A DNA stretch of 59,865 nt, filler included, from 4 parts of 4 records of this genome joined end to end with filler, not necessarily neighbours in it, one strand, 5' to 3'; shown: positions 38,054 through 48,478, counted from the whole stretch's first letter. The notes: a model not told the origin generated them from the letters alone. Program-made: numbers and translations.

Positions 38054-40717
38054 ATGGAACTTTTCTTTCTTCTCCTGCTTGTCGTGATCATGGCAGGCGC
38101 GCTTGCGTCCGGTTTCCCCGTCGCTTTCGCGCTTCCGGGCTCCGCAATCATCACCATTGGCCTAGCGGCCGCTACCGGAGAGATATTCGCCGGAGATCCT
38201 TCGGCCTATTTCGCCCAGGGCGGACCGGTAAACTGGCTGACAGCCGGCGTAACAAACTTCCGAGGGGTCTATTGGGAAGTCGAACGGGATACGTTGATAG
38301 CAATCCCGCTCTTTGTCTTCATGGGCATCATGCTGCAGCGCTCGAAGATCGCTGAAGATCTGCTGGTTTCAATGGCGCAGCTCTTCGGCCCCATCCGCGG
38401 CGGCCTCGGCATCTCCGTTGTCTTTGTGGGCGCCCTGCTCGCTGCAACGACCGGCATCGTCGGTGCCACAGTGGTTGCCATGGGCCTGATTTCGCTGCCT
38501 GCGATGTTGCGTAACAACTATTCACACTCGCTCGCGACCGGCACAATCGCGGCTTCAGGAACGCTCGGTCAGATCATTCCACCATCCATCGTCCTGATCA
38601 TTCTGGCCGACCAGTTGTCCAGCGCCGTCGACCAGGCAGGTATGGCACGGAAGGCCTATTACACGGAGACGACCGGCGACTTTTCGATGCCGAGTTCCTT
38701 CAGCGTCAGCTCGACAAGTGCCGGTGACATGTTCATGGGTGCCCTTTTGCCCGGGCTCGTTCTTGTCGGCCTCTATATGGCCTACATCCTGATCGTCGCC
38801 TTTTTCAAACCATCCGTCGCCCCGTCCGTGCCGTTCGAAGGTAAGTACGACCGCAAGTTTGTCGCTCGGGTTCTTCTGTCTCTGGTGCCGCCGCTGACTC
38901 TTATCTTTGTGGTGCTCGGCTCCATCATCACCGGCATTGCAACAGTGAACCAGGCCGGTGCAATCGGCGCCGTGGGCGCCATGGTGATGGCTGGCTATCG
39001 CCTTTATGAAGGCCGCAAAGGTGCCTTCTACCCGGCCATTCTTGCGATGGGGTCTCTGCTGACGATCCTCGTTATCAATAATGTAAATCCGATCAATATC
39101 CGGAACATTCAAACTACAAGCGATGTCATTGCGGTGGCTGTTGCCGTCGCTGCTGTTGCCGTATTCCTTGTGGGAATTGTCTGGAGCGGCATCCGGACCT
39201 ACAAGATTGATGACACATTGCGCGGGGTCATGGTCGAAACGGCCAAGACCTCGGCTCTGGTCTTCATCATCCTGCTGGGTGCAGCCATGCTGACCTCGGC
39301 ATTCCGCGCTTTTGGCGGCGAGGAGCTTGTCCGTGAATTCCTGACTGGTCTTCCGGGTGGTTTCTGGGCGCAGTTCATCATTGTCATGGCGGTCATCTTC
39401 GTCCTCGGCTTTTTCCTCGACTTCATCGAGATCGCCGTCGTCGTGGTGCCGATCGTCGCGCCGATCCTGCTTGCTGATCCTTCCGCCAACATCACTGCGG
39501 TCTGGCTCGGCGTTATGATCGGAATGAACATCCAGACCTCCTTCCTGACCCCGCCGTTCGGCTTTGCGCTTTTCTATCTGCGCGGTGTCGCCCCGTCGGC
39601 GGTCAAGACCCTGTCCATGTACAAGGGCGTGGTCCCGTTCATCTGCCTGCAGTTGTTCGCCCTCTTCATCGTCGGTATTGCGCCGCAACTGGTGAACTAT
39701 CTGCCGAACCGGATGTCCCTGACGTCCGAAAGCTCGCCGCCGCCGAAAAACCCCCGGCTTCAGGTTTGCGTCGAGGAATATATCCAGAGTGCATTCGCTG
39801 AACAGGGCGACACGCTGCGTACTGTCATCGCCAATGCAAAGGGTTGGGATTTATCCAACCTGCCGAAGTCAGTGCAAAACGATCTCGGCAAGAGCTTTGC
39901 CGCCGCAGAAGCTGTCTTCCCGGCACTTGATGAAGCCGTTGCGGCCACGGACGCAATTGATGCTGCCGCCGTGGATTACCGGCCTCTGCATGTCTCCGTG
40001 CGCGCATTGCAGCGTGACATCGCCAAGCACAAGGATGAGATCGAGGAACTGGAACAGCGTGTAAGCCGCTGGAAGCGCCAGAACGACGCAAAACCGGGGG
40101 CGATCGACAAGACAATCGCCAGAATCGAGATGCTGAAATCGGAAAAAGCTGAACTTGAGAGCGAGGTCCCGGCAAATTGGGAGCCCGATCACAAGACGTT
40201 CAGCAAGATCCTCGCAACGGAAAAGAAAGCCCGTCTGAGCTATCGTCGGACCGCCGATTCCGCCTATGAACCGATCCAAGCTCTGCGCTTGACACTCAGT
40301 GACACGGATGCTTTGGCAGCTCTCTCCGGTGAGATCGATTCTATTTCCAAGGCCTTGACAGAGCTAGAACCCAAAGAGGCCGAGAATTTCATCAAGGACG
40401 TGGAATCCAAGATCGGCAAGGTCCATGAAGCCGGCGCCATCCGGTCTGCCCTCAGCAAAGTCCGTCGGGCTCTGCGGGGCAAGACGCCGGACCCTGAAAA
40501 AGCCCTTGAGGAACTCGCGACCGCCAAAACCATCTACGACGAGGAAGTCTCATGGCGTCAGGCGGCGAACCAGTCGCTCAGTGCAAAGCTGGCCGATTAT
40601 GACGAGGCTATCCGGAACACGATCGGCCTGAGATTGCAGGACCGCCTTCCACACAATGTTGCGCTGGAAGTCGCCGCATGCCAGTCCGATCACAAGGATA
40701 TCTCACTACACTTCTAA
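38054..40717 (+). CDS. dctM: TRAP large permease with a long C-terminal soluble extension (887 aa)
   Basis: GTLGQIIPPSI and SFLTPPFGFALFYLRGV motifs. Confidence 0.92.
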   Translation: MELFFLLLLVVIMAGALASGFPVAFALPGSAIITIGLAAATGEIFAGDPSAYFAQGGPVNWLTAGVTNFRGVYWEVERDTLIAIPLFVFMGIMLQRSKIAEDLLVSMAQLFGPIRGGLGISVVFVGALLAATTGIVGATVVAMGLISLPAMLRNNYSHSLATGTIAASGTLGQIIPPSIVLIILADQLSSAVDQAGMARKAYYTETTGDFSMPSSFSVSSTSAGDMFMGALLPGLVLVGLYMAYILIVAFFKPSVAPSVPFEGKYDRKFVARVLLSLVPPLTLIFVVLGSIITGIATVNQAGAIGAVGAMVMAGYRLYEGRKGAFYPAILAMGSLLTILVINNVNPINIRNIQTTSDVIAVAVAVAAVAVFLVGIVWSGIRTYKIDDTLRGVMVETAKTSALVFIILLGAAMLTSAFRAFGGEELVREFLTGLPGGFWAQFIIVMAVIFVLGFFLDFIEIAVVVVPIVAPILLADPSANITAVWLGVMIGMNIQTSFLTPPFGFALFYLRGVAPSAVKTLSMYKGVVPFICLQLFALFIVGIAPQLVNYLPNRMSLTSESSPPPKNPRLQVCVEEYIQSAFAEQGDTLRTVIANAKGWDLSNLPKSVQNDLGKSFAAAEAVFPALDEAVAATDAIDAAAVDYRPLHVSVRALQRDIAKHKDEIEELEQRVSRWKRQNDAKPGAIDKTIARIEMLKSEKAELESEVPANWEPDHKTFSKILATEKKARLSYRRTADSAYEPIQALRLTLSDTDALAALSGEIDSISKALTELEPKEAENFIKDVESKIGKVHEAGAIRSALSKVRRALRGKTPDPEKALEELATAKTIYDEEVSWRQAANQSLSAKLADYDEAIRNTIGLRLQDRLPHNVALEVAACQSDHKDISLHF

Positions 40718-40740
40718 CCCATTCGCGAATGGGGTCAGAT

Positions 40741-40773
40741 AAAAGCCGGGGAATAATATGTTCCCCGGCTTTT
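40741..40773 (+). terminator. Intrinsic terminator after dctM
   Basis: Stem AAAAGCCGGGGAA/TTCCCCGGCTTTT, followed by T-rich sequence. Confidence 0.8.
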
Positions 40774-40923
40774 TCTTTGCCGCGCCTATGTTGACCCGCA
40801 CGCATCAGGTTCGAACGCACATTCACCGTTACCGAACCGTCATAAAACGAACCGTATTTCCGCAACACAGCCTCGCTAGTTTTCGCCTCGCATTCATTCG
40901 AACACCAATGCGAAGGCAATTCC

Positions 40924-41754
40924 GTGGCTCCCAGTTTTTCCTCGAACGCATCCAAACGCCGGGCTGAAATTACCGAATTGGTCCGTGCTGCCGGCTACCA
41001 GGCGATTATTGAACTTGCGGACCGGTTTGCCGTTACGGAACAGACCATCCGCCGGGACGTGAACCAGCTCTGCGATAGCGGGCTGCTTCGACGGCGGCAT
41101 GGCGGGGTCGAACTCCCATCCCCGAATACGAATATCGATTTCGACCAGCGCATGATCCTGAATGCCGGAGCCAAGGCCCGGATAGCAAACGCCGTGGCAG
41201 CGCGTATCCCCGATGGGGCCTCGATTGCCGTCAGCATCGGCACAACACCGGAAATGGTTGTGCGGGCCTTGCGCTCCCATACCGGGTTGCGGATCGTCAC
41301 GAACAATATCGCCGCCGCCCTGACAGCCAGCGCGAACCCGACATTCGAAGTCACCATCGCGGGCGGACGCATCCGGCAGGAAGGCCGTGACGTGCTCGGG
41401 CAGCAGGTCGAGCAATTCTTCTCCGCCTACAAAGTGGATTTCGGGCTCTTCGGTGTTGGCGGCGTGGACGCGGACGGCAGTCTGCTGGATTTCACCGAGG
41501 ATGAAATCCGCGCGCGCGAAACCATCAGCCAGAATTGCCGGACCAAGGTTGTCGTGCTTGATCACACAAAGTTCGGACGGGCGGCCTATGTCCGTGGCGG
41601 CCATATCTCCGATCCAGATCTTGTGTTCTGCGATGGAGAGCCGCCGGAGGACGTCAGCGCCATGATCCGCGATGCGGGGCACGAGCTGATCACTGCCGGA
41701 GATGACAGCGCCGCGCTTGCCCTCCTCCCAGAGTTCGCGGAAGCCGGAGAATGA
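40924..41754 (+). CDS. DeoR/GlpR-family regulator
   Basis: LADRFAVTEQTIRRD, RRRHGG and IGTTPE motifs. Confidence 0.92.
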   Translation: MAPSFSSNASKRRAEITELVRAAGYQAIIELADRFAVTEQTIRRDVNQLCDSGLLRRRHGGVELPSPNTNIDFDQRMILNAGAKARIANAVAARIPDGASIAVSIGTTPEMVVRALRSHTGLRIVTNNIAAALTASANPTFEVTIAGGRIRQEGRDVLGQQVEQFFSAYKVDFGLFGVGGVDADGSLLDFTEDEIRARETISQNCRTKVVVLDHTKFGRAAYVRGGHISDPDLVFCDGEPPEDVSAMIRDAGHELITAGDDSAALALLPEFAEAGE

Positions 41755-42833
41755 CCGGGATTTCCGTTACCGGACTGACAAAGCACTGGGACACGGCAAC
41801 AGCCGTGGACCATGTTTCCTTCGAGGTCGAGCCAGGCTCGTTCGCCGTTCTGCTTGGGCCGTCGGGATGCGGTAAATCCACTATTCTGAGACTGATTTCA
41901 GGGCTGGAGAGCGCCAGCAGCGGAACCATCACCATTGGCGGCAAGGATGTCACGGACCTGCCCCCGGCGGAACGCGATCTGTCGATGGTCTTTCAATCCT
42001 ATGCACTCTTTCCTCACCTGACCGTCGCCGAGAACATCCTGTTCGGGCTGAAGGTCCGCAAGACCGCCAAGAAAGAACAGAAAGACCGGCTGGACCGGGT
42101 GGCGGAGCTGATCGGTCTTTCTGCCCTGCTTGACCGCCGTCCCAACCAGCTTTCCGGCGGCCAGCAGCAGCGGGTTGCGCTCGGCCGGGCGATCATCGCC
42201 GAAAAGCCGATCTGTCTGATGGACGAGCCGCTGTCGAACCTGGACGCCAAACTGCGCCACGAGATGCGGGTGGAAATCCGCGCGCTGCAGCGCAAGCTCG
42301 GCGTGACAATGGTCTATGTCACTCACGATCAGGCCGAAGCCATGGGCATGGCTGACCGCATCATCCTGCTGAAGGATGGCCGGATCGAGCAGAATGCCAC
42401 ACCGGCGGAAACCTACCGGAAACCGGCCACGAGCTTCGCCGGGCGCTTTATTGGCACACCGCCGATGAACGTGCTCGCGCTTGAGTGGAACGGCAATGAC
42501 GCCCGGTTCAACGGGCAGGATGCAGGCAACACGGCTCCCGTTTTCTCCGGCAAGCCCGATATCCCCGTCTCCATCGGTATCCGGCCGGAAGAAATCAGTT
42601 TCAAGGCAGACAGCCCATGCCGGGCCACGGTCGAGGCCGTCGAATATCTCGGCGCCGATACGCTGGTCGATTGCCGCATCGGCACCGAGCGCCTGACGGT
42701 TCGGGCCCGGAATGCCGACGCCCTCACAACTGGCAGCGATGTCGGCCTCTCCTGGCCACGCGACGCCGTTCATCTGTTCGAAGCCGCCTCAGGCAGGCGG
42801 CGGGACGATCTCCTGACCCGTGCGGACGCATAG
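41751..42833 (+). CDS. Carbohydrate ABC ATPase (UgpC/MalK-like)
   Basis: GPSGCGKS, LSGGQQQRVALGRA and DEPLSNLD motifs. Confidence 0.95.
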   Translation: MTGISVTGLTKHWDTATAVDHVSFEVEPGSFAVLLGPSGCGKSTILRLISGLESASSGTITIGGKDVTDLPPAERDLSMVFQSYALFPHLTVAENILFGLKVRKTAKKEQKDRLDRVAELIGLSALLDRRPNQLSGGQQQRVALGRAIIAEKPICLMDEPLSNLDAKLRHEMRVEIRALQRKLGVTMVYVTHDQAEAMGMADRIILLKDGRIEQNATPAETYRKPATSFAGRFIGTPPMNVLALEWNGNDARFNGQDAGNTAPVFSGKPDIPVSIGIRPEEISFKADSPCRATVEAVEYLGADTLVDCRIGTERLTVRARNADALTTGSDVGLSWPRDAVHLFEAASGRRRDDLLTRADA

Positions 42834-42931
42834 CGCAAGCACCGGACAGGAATTGGAGCCCCCTTAGGGCTCCGGAGCATGCCGGACGGGATCCGTCCGG
42901 AAACCAGTTCAGACGAGAGGACTTGAAAGCG

Positions 42932-44218
42932 ATGCACTTCACGAAAAAACTGGGGATTGGCGCCGTCGCGGCCGCGATGTCGCTCTCCCTCGCCGGCACG
43001 GCCCAGGCCGTCGACCTGCAGTTCTTCTTCCCGGTCGCCGTCGGCGGCAAGGCAGCGGATACGATTGAGGCCCTGACCAACGAATATGCCGCGGCCCATC
43101 CGGACGTGAAAATCGACGCGGTCTATGCCGGCAGCTACCAGAACACTATCACCAAGGCGCTGACGGCCGCACGTGGCGGTCAGCCTCCGCAACTTTCCGT
43201 GATCCTGTCCGTCGACATGTTCACCCTGATCGAGGAAGACGCCATCGTCGCCTTTGACGATCTGATCAAAACCGACGAAGACAAGGCATGGCTGAAAGCT
43301 TTCTACCCGGCTTTCATGGAAAACAGCCAAACCGGCGGCAAGACCTATGGCATTCCCTTCCAGCGCTCCACCCCGGTGATGTACTGGAACAAGGAAGCCT
43401 TCAAGAAAGCCGGTCTCGACCCGAACACCCCGCCGGCAACATGGGCCGAGCTGGTTGAATTCGGCAAAAAGCTGACCGTCAAAGATGCCTCCGGCAACGT
43501 CACCCAGTGGGGTGTGCGTATCCCAAGCTCTGGCTTCCCCTACTGGCTGTTCCAGGGCCTGACCACCGAGAACGACGTCATCCTGGCCAACAGCGATGGC
43601 AACAAGACCAACTTCTCCGACCCGAAAGTCGTCGAAGCCCTGCAATATCTCGTCGATCTCAGCGCCAAGCACAAAGTCATGGCACCAGGCATCATCGAAT
43701 GGGGAGCCACCCCGAAAGCCTTCTTCGAGGGTGAGTCCGCCATCATGTGGACCACGACCGGCAACCTGACCAACGTTCGTGCCAATGCGCCGTTCGACTT
43801 CGGTGTAGCGATGCTTCCGGCCAACAAGCGTCGCGGGGCGCCGACCGGCGGCGGTAACTTCTACATCTTCAAGGACTCGACGGACGCGCAGAAGGCGGCA
43901 TCCCTCGATTTTATCAAGTGGATCACCGCACCGAAGCAGGCTGCCAAATGGACCATTGCGACCGGTTACGTCGCGCCGCGTCCGGATACCTGGGAAACGC
44001 CGGAAATGAAGGCCTATGTCGCCGATTTCCCGCCGGCCCTGGTTGCCCGCGATCAGCTTGAATATGCCGTGGCCGAGCTTGCCACCTACCAGAACCAGCG
44101 CATCACCAGCATCTTCAATGACGGCCTGGAAGCCGCCATCACAGGCAAGGCCACGCCGGAAGAAGCGATGAACGATGCGCAGCAGAAGGCGGACAAGATC
44201 CTCAAGGACTACCGCTAA
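42932..44218 (+). CDS. ABC substrate-binding protein (UgpB-like)
   Basis: Signal peptide MHFTKKLG...AQA; GIPFQRSTPVMYWNK motif. The start follows a GAGAGG RBS. Confidence 0.9.
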   Translation: MHFTKKLGIGAVAAAMSLSLAGTAQAVDLQFFFPVAVGGKAADTIEALTNEYAAAHPDVKIDAVYAGSYQNTITKALTAARGGQPPQLSVILSVDMFTLIEEDAIVAFDDLIKTDEDKAWLKAFYPAFMENSQTGGKTYGIPFQRSTPVMYWNKEAFKKAGLDPNTPPATWAELVEFGKKLTVKDASGNVTQWGVRIPSSGFPYWLFQGLTTENDVILANSDGNKTNFSDPKVVEALQYLVDLSAKHKVMAPGIIEWGATPKAFFEGESAIMWTTTGNLTNVRANAPFDFGVAMLPANKRRGAPTGGGNFYIFKDSTDAQKAASLDFIKWITAPKQAAKWTIATGYVAPRPDTWETPEMKAYVADFPPALVARDQLEYAVAELATYQNQRITSIFNDGLEAAITGKATPEEAMNDAQQKADKILKDYR

Positions 44219-44229
44219 AACTCCGGGAC

Positions 44230-44267
44230 CCGGCGGCGGGCAGTGTCCCGCCGCCGGTCTTTTTTTT
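44230..44267 (+). terminator. Hairpin plus U-tract between the SBP and permease genes
   Basis: Stem CCGGCGGCGGG/CCCGCCGCCGG followed by TCTTTTTTTT. Confidence 0.8.
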
Positions 44268-44291
44268 CGACCAGTGAAAGCACCGCGCCCA

Positions 44292-45173
44292 ATGGGACCC
44301 ACTGCAAAGAGAACCTGGATCCATGCCTGGCTGTTCCTCAGCCCGGCCATGATCCTGCTGATTGCCTTTACCCACTATCCGGCAGCGGTCACCCTCTTCC
44401 ACAGCTTCTTCTCAACGCCGCGCGGCAAACGCGAGGCGAAATTTGTCGGTCTCGAGAATTATCAAACGCTGCTTGCGGACGACACGTTCTGGACCGTGCT
44501 GGTCAACAATCTCTGGTACGCGCTTGCCACCATCCCGCTCTCGATCGGCATTGCCATCGCCATGGCGCTCTGGGTCGACAGCAAGTTGAAGGGCCGGTCC
44601 TTCGTGCGCATGGCCTACTTCACGCCGACCGTGCTGCCGCTAATCGCCGTCGCCAATATCTGGATGTTTTTCTATACGCCCGGTTTCGGCCTGATCGACC
44701 AAATCCGTGGTGTCTTCGGTTTTTCCCAGCAGAACTGGCTCGGCGATCCGGAAAGCGCGCTGAACGCCGTCATCGTGGTGGCGATCTGGAAGGAAGCCGG
44801 CTTCTTCATGATCTTCTATCTGGCCGCGCTGCAAACCATCCCGGCATCGCTCCGGGAAGCTGCCGCCATAGAAGGCGCCGGGCGCTGGTACTTCTTCCGC
44901 CGCATCACCTTCCCGCTGCTGATGCCGACCACCCTCTTTGTCTCGGTCAACGCGATCATCAATTCGTTCCGCCTGGTCGATCATATCTTCATCATGACGG
45001 AAGGCGGCCCGGACAATGCCAGCTCCCTGCTGCTGTTCTACATCTACGAGACCGCGTTCCGGTTCTGGGACACCGCCTATGCCTCGACGCTGACCGTGGT
45101 TCTGCTTGTGATCCTGTTCACCGTGGCCATCGGCCAGTTCCTGCTTCTCGACAAACGGGTGCATTACCGATGA
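44292..45173 (+). CDS. Carbohydrate ABC permease (UgpA-like)
   Basis: FVGLENY motif and EAA loop (EAAAIEGAG). Confidence 0.92.
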   Translation: MGPTAKRTWIHAWLFLSPAMILLIAFTHYPAAVTLFHSFFSTPRGKREAKFVGLENYQTLLADDTFWTVLVNNLWYALATIPLSIGIAIAMALWVDSKLKGRSFVRMAYFTPTVLPLIAVANIWMFFYTPGFGLIDQIRGVFGFSQQNWLGDPESALNAVIVVAIWKEAGFFMIFYLAALQTIPASLREAAAIEGAGRWYFFRRITFPLLMPTTLFVSVNAIINSFRLVDHIFIMTEGGPDNASSLLLFYIYETAFRFWDTAYASTLTVVLLVILFTVAIGQFLLLDKRVHYR

Positions 45174-46000
45174 GTGCCGCCAGAGCCTTCCGTTTCGACT
45201 ATGACCGGGCGCTAAACACCACTGCCGCCTGGGCACTCGCCATCGTCTGGTTCGCGCCGCTGATCTACGCCACTTGGACAGCGTTTCACCCGACGGAATT
45301 CTCCACGCGCTTCGAGCTGACAGCACCGCTGACGCTGGAGAACTTCTCCGCTGCCTGGAATGCCGCACCGTTCGCGCGCTATTTCCTGAACACCATGTTG
45401 CTGGTGACGTCGATCCTGATCGGCCAGTTCGTGCTCTGCACCCTCGCCGCCTTCGCCTTCGCCCGGTTCGAGTTTCGCGGGCGGGATACCGTCTTCGTTC
45501 TGGTGCTGCTGCAACTGCTTGTCATGCCCGATATCCTGATCGTCGAGAACTACCGGACCATGCGGTTTCTCGGCCTGGTCGACACCATCCTCGCCATCGG
45601 GCTGCCCTACATGGCGTCAGGCTTCGGCATCTTCCTGCTGCGGCAGACCTTCAAGACCATCCCGAAAGAGCTGGACGACGCGGCAAGGGTCGAGGGTGCC
45701 GGGTTCATGACCATCCTGCTGAGGGTCTATGTCCCGCTGGCAAAGCCGACCTACCTCGCCTATGGCCTGGTTTCTGTCAGCCACCACTGGAACAACTTCC
45801 TGTGGCCTCTGATCGTGACAAACTCGGTCGAGACACGGCCGGTGACCGTCGGCCTCAGCATCTTCTCCTCGACCGATCAGGGCATCGACTGGGCCGTCAT
45901 CAGCGCCGCCACACTGATGACCTCCGGCCCGCTGCTGATCGCCTTCCTGCTGTTCCAGCGGCAGTTCGTTCAGAGCTTCATGCGAGCCGGCATCAAGTAG
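45170..46000 (+). CDS. Carbohydrate ABC permease (UgpE-like)
   Basis: ELDDAARVEGA and WNNFLWPL motifs; ATGA overlap with the upstream permease. Confidence 0.92.
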   Translation: MSAARAFRFDYDRALNTTAAWALAIVWFAPLIYATWTAFHPTEFSTRFELTAPLTLENFSAAWNAAPFARYFLNTMLLVTSILIGQFVLCTLAAFAFARFEFRGRDTVFVLVLLQLLVMPDILIVENYRTMRFLGLVDTILAIGLPYMASGFGIFLLRQTFKTIPKELDDAARVEGAGFMTILLRVYVPLAKPTYLAYGLVSVSHHWNNFLWPLIVTNSVETRPVTVGLSIFSSTDQGIDWAVISAATLMTSGPLLIAFLLFQRQFVQSFMRAGIK

Positions 46001-46002
46001 GT

Positions 46003-47445
46003 TCAGGACTCAGGCACAACCTTGCCCGGGTTCATGATCCCTTTCGGGTCGATCGCCTTCTTCACCGCCTGCATCAGGGCGATTTTCGAAGGCGAGCCGT
46101 ATTTGATCAGATATGGCAGCTTTTCAGAGCCGATCCCGTGCTCGGCGGAGATGCTGCCGCCGAGCGCGATTGTGCTTTCATACATCCGCTGCGAGAGACC
46201 GGGCTTCTTAACCTCCCACTCCTCGTCGCTCATGTTCGCCGGTTTGCGGGCCGTGTAATGAATATTACCGTCCCCCATATGGCCGAAACAGTTGAAGGCC
46301 AACCCCGGCACATACTCGCTCAACGAAGCCTGCGACTGATCTATGAAGGTAGCCACCTTGGAGACCGGCACCGAAACATCGCCTGCCATGCGGGGCGTCC
46401 CCTCGCGCTTACCGGCCTCGGCCTGCTCCTCACGGATCCGCCAGAGTTCGCGGCGCTGGCCCTCGTTCTCAGCAATCACCCCGTCAGTCACCCAGCCCTG
46501 CTCCATCGCCTCGGTGAAGATCGCCTCAAGCTTGGCCCGTAGATCGTCGAGCGGAGATGGCGTCCCCATCTCCAACAGCACATACCAGGGCGAGCGCTCT
46601 GCAAGCGGATCGGTGATTCCATCAATATACTTGATCGCCATGTCGAATGAGGCCCGGGGCATGATCTCAAAGGCGAGGATCGTGTCGCCGGACAGCTCCC
46701 GCGCGCTCGACAGCAGGTGCTGTGCCTCATGCGGGGACGGTACTGACAGCATGGCGGTCTCGCGGACGCGCGGCAGCGGCATCAGACGGAACGCCGCGGC
46801 GGTAACGATGCCAAGCGTGCCTTCCGCGCCGATGAACATCTGCTTCATGTCATAGCCGGTATTGTTCTTGCGCAGCGTTTCCAGACCGTCAAACACGGAA
46901 CCGTCCGGCAGCACGGCCTCAATGCCAAGGATCTGCTCCCGGGTATTGCCGTATTTGATCGTGTTGTTGCCCCCAGCATTCGTGGAGAGCGTCCCGCCGA
47001 CCGTACTGGAACCTTCCGACGCCAGGGACAGCGGGAATAGCCGTCCTGCCTCTGCCGCAACCGCCTGCATGTTCTGGATAATGCAACCCGCTTCCGCAAT
47101 CATTGCGTAATTCTCCGGGTCAAGAGACCGCACGGTTGTCAGACGGTCGGTAGAAACGACGATGGTCGGGCGCGGTTCGGTCGGGACCGAGCCGATGGCA
47201 AGTCCGGTATTGCCGCCCTGGGGCACGATGGCGATATCCGCCTTCGCCGCCGCACGCACAACCGCCGCCGTTTCCTCCGTCGAGGCAGGCCGGGCGACGC
47301 CGAGGGCGTCGCCGGTTGGCGTGCCGCGCCAGTCAGTGCGGTATTTCAGCGTGTCGTTCGGATCTTCCAGCCAGCCCTTCGATCCAAGAATGGACCGGAT
47401 TTCCGTAAGCGCGGCATCGATGGACTGGGGCGTCTGATCGTTCAC
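46003..47445 (-). CDS. FAD-linked oxidoreductase (D-2-hydroxyacid dehydrogenase/GlcD-like)
   Basis: PQGGNTGL, KNNTGYD, GAEGTLG, GHMGDGNIH, SAEHGIG and MNPGK motifs. Confidence 0.93.
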   Translation of the reverse strand: MNDQTPQSIDAALTEIRSILGSKGWLEDPNDTLKYRTDWRGTPTGDALGVARPASTEETAAVVRAAAKADIAIVPQGGNTGLAIGSVPTEPRPTIVVSTDRLTTVRSLDPENYAMIAEAGCIIQNMQAVAAEAGRLFPLSLASEGSSTVGGTLSTNAGGNNTIKYGNTREQILGIEAVLPDGSVFDGLETLRKNNTGYDMKQMFIGAEGTLGIVTAAAFRLMPLPRVRETAMLSVPSPHEAQHLLSSARELSGDTILAFEIMPRASFDMAIKYIDGITDPLAERSPWYVLLEMGTPSPLDDLRAKLEAIFTEAMEQGWVTDGVIAENEGQRRELWRIREEQAEAGKREGTPRMAGDVSVPVSKVATFIDQSQASLSEYVPGLAFNCFGHMGDGNIHYTARKPANMSDEEWEVKKPGLSQRMYESTIALGGSISAEHGIGSEKLPYLIKYGSPSKIALMQAVKKAIDPKGIMNPGKVVPES

Positions 47446-47507
47446 CCACTCTCTCCCGTTGAGATGATTTCAGGCGGGAGGCTATCAGCGATCAAGGGAG
47501 GCGCCAA

Positions 47508-47774
47508 TCAGACGGGCAATCTGTTTATGGAAATTCTCTCGGTCAGTTCCAGACGCTGTGCGGCACCGAACAGCGCTCCGATGCGCCGCGCCGCCTCCTG
47601 CATGCCGCCGTCGAAATCCTCTTTAGAGGTCTCGGCCCGCACCATGGAAAGGGATTGCGAGAGGGTTTTGTCATCCTCGGCAACGCTCAGCAGCGTCAGG
47701 ATAAGGGTTGCCAGCTCGCGATCCGGCTCTTTTTCCGAATCGTCGGTGAGAGTTTGGGCAAATAGTCGGGACAT
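47508..47774 (-). CDS. Hypothetical 88-aa protein under a cobalamin riboswitch
   Basis: GGAGG RBS upstream of the ATG at 47774; directly downstream of the riboswitch. Confidence 0.75.
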   Translation of the reverse strand: MSRLFAQTLTDDSEKEPDRELATLILTLLSVAEDDKTLSQSLSMVRAETSKEDFDGGMQEAARRIGALFGAAQRLELTERISINRLPV

Positions 47775-47817
47775 CTAAACCTCCTCCGGTGCACCCCGCC
47801 CGGGTTAAAAATGGACA

Positions 47818-47993
47818 CAGCGTTGGCAGGTTTCCTGACTCCCGGCTCTTCGATCCGCGCCGCCTTCCCAGCCCATCAGGGCCAGTGGCATACCGGTCGG
47901 ATCTTGCCGGTTACAGTTGCGGGGGCAGTCCCGGACTTGCGGCGATAAAGCCGCGCACCGGATTCCCTTTTGTCCCGAAGGACACCAACGCTG
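47818..47993 (-). ncRNA. Cobalamin (B12) riboswitch
   Basis: Minus strand reads AGGGAATCCGGTG...CTGCCCCCGCAACTGTA...GCCACTG...GGGAAGGC...AGTCAGGAAACCTGCC, with closing stem CAGCGTTGG/CCAACGCTG. Confidence 0.95.
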
Positions 47994-48040
47994 AAAGGCT
48001 CGTCTTTGCGGCCTGCTGTGTCAAGGCAGCAGACGGGCAA

Positions 48041-48478
48041 TCACTCGCGGATCAGCCGTTCCAGCTCGCGAATGAAGGTTTCCCGGTCTCTTTTGGAGAA
48101 AGCGGGACCACCGCCCGAAACTTCTCCCATGGCACGGAGGTCGGACATCAAGTCCCGCATCGCCATGGCCATGCCGATTCCCGCCTCGGTGAACTCCTTG
48201 CCGGAATGACCGATCGCCTTCGCGCCGCTCTCGATCACCCGATGCGCTAAGGGGATATCGCCGGTGATGACGATATCGCCCGCCGCCACCTTGCCCACAA
48301 TCCAGTCATCCGCCGCATCGAACTTGTCGGAGACAAGGATGTTCTGAACATTCGCCCGGTCACCTGTCCGAAAACCACGATTGCTTACGATATAGACCTT
48401 GATGTCATGCCGGTCCGCGATTGACAGGATCTCGTTTTTAACCGGACAGGCATCGGCGTCGACATAGACAGACTTCAT
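48041..48478 (-). CDS. YaiI/YqxD (DUF188) family protein
   Basis: YVDADACPVK, DAADDWI and TGDIPLA motifs. Confidence 0.92.
   Translation of the reverse strand: MKSVYVDADACPVKNEILSIADRHDIKVYIVSNRGFRTGDRANVQNILVSDKFDAADDWIVGKVAAGDIVITGDIPLAHRVIESGAKAIGHSGKEFTEAGIGMAMAMRDLMSDLRAMGEVSGGGPAFSKRDRETFIRELERLIRE

Noticed and set aside
35785-44350. Long antisense ORFs (e.g. 35785-36984, 38555-39688, 42770-44350)
   Set aside because: Shadow ORFs opposite well-supported genes in GC-rich DNA, with no recognisable motifs.
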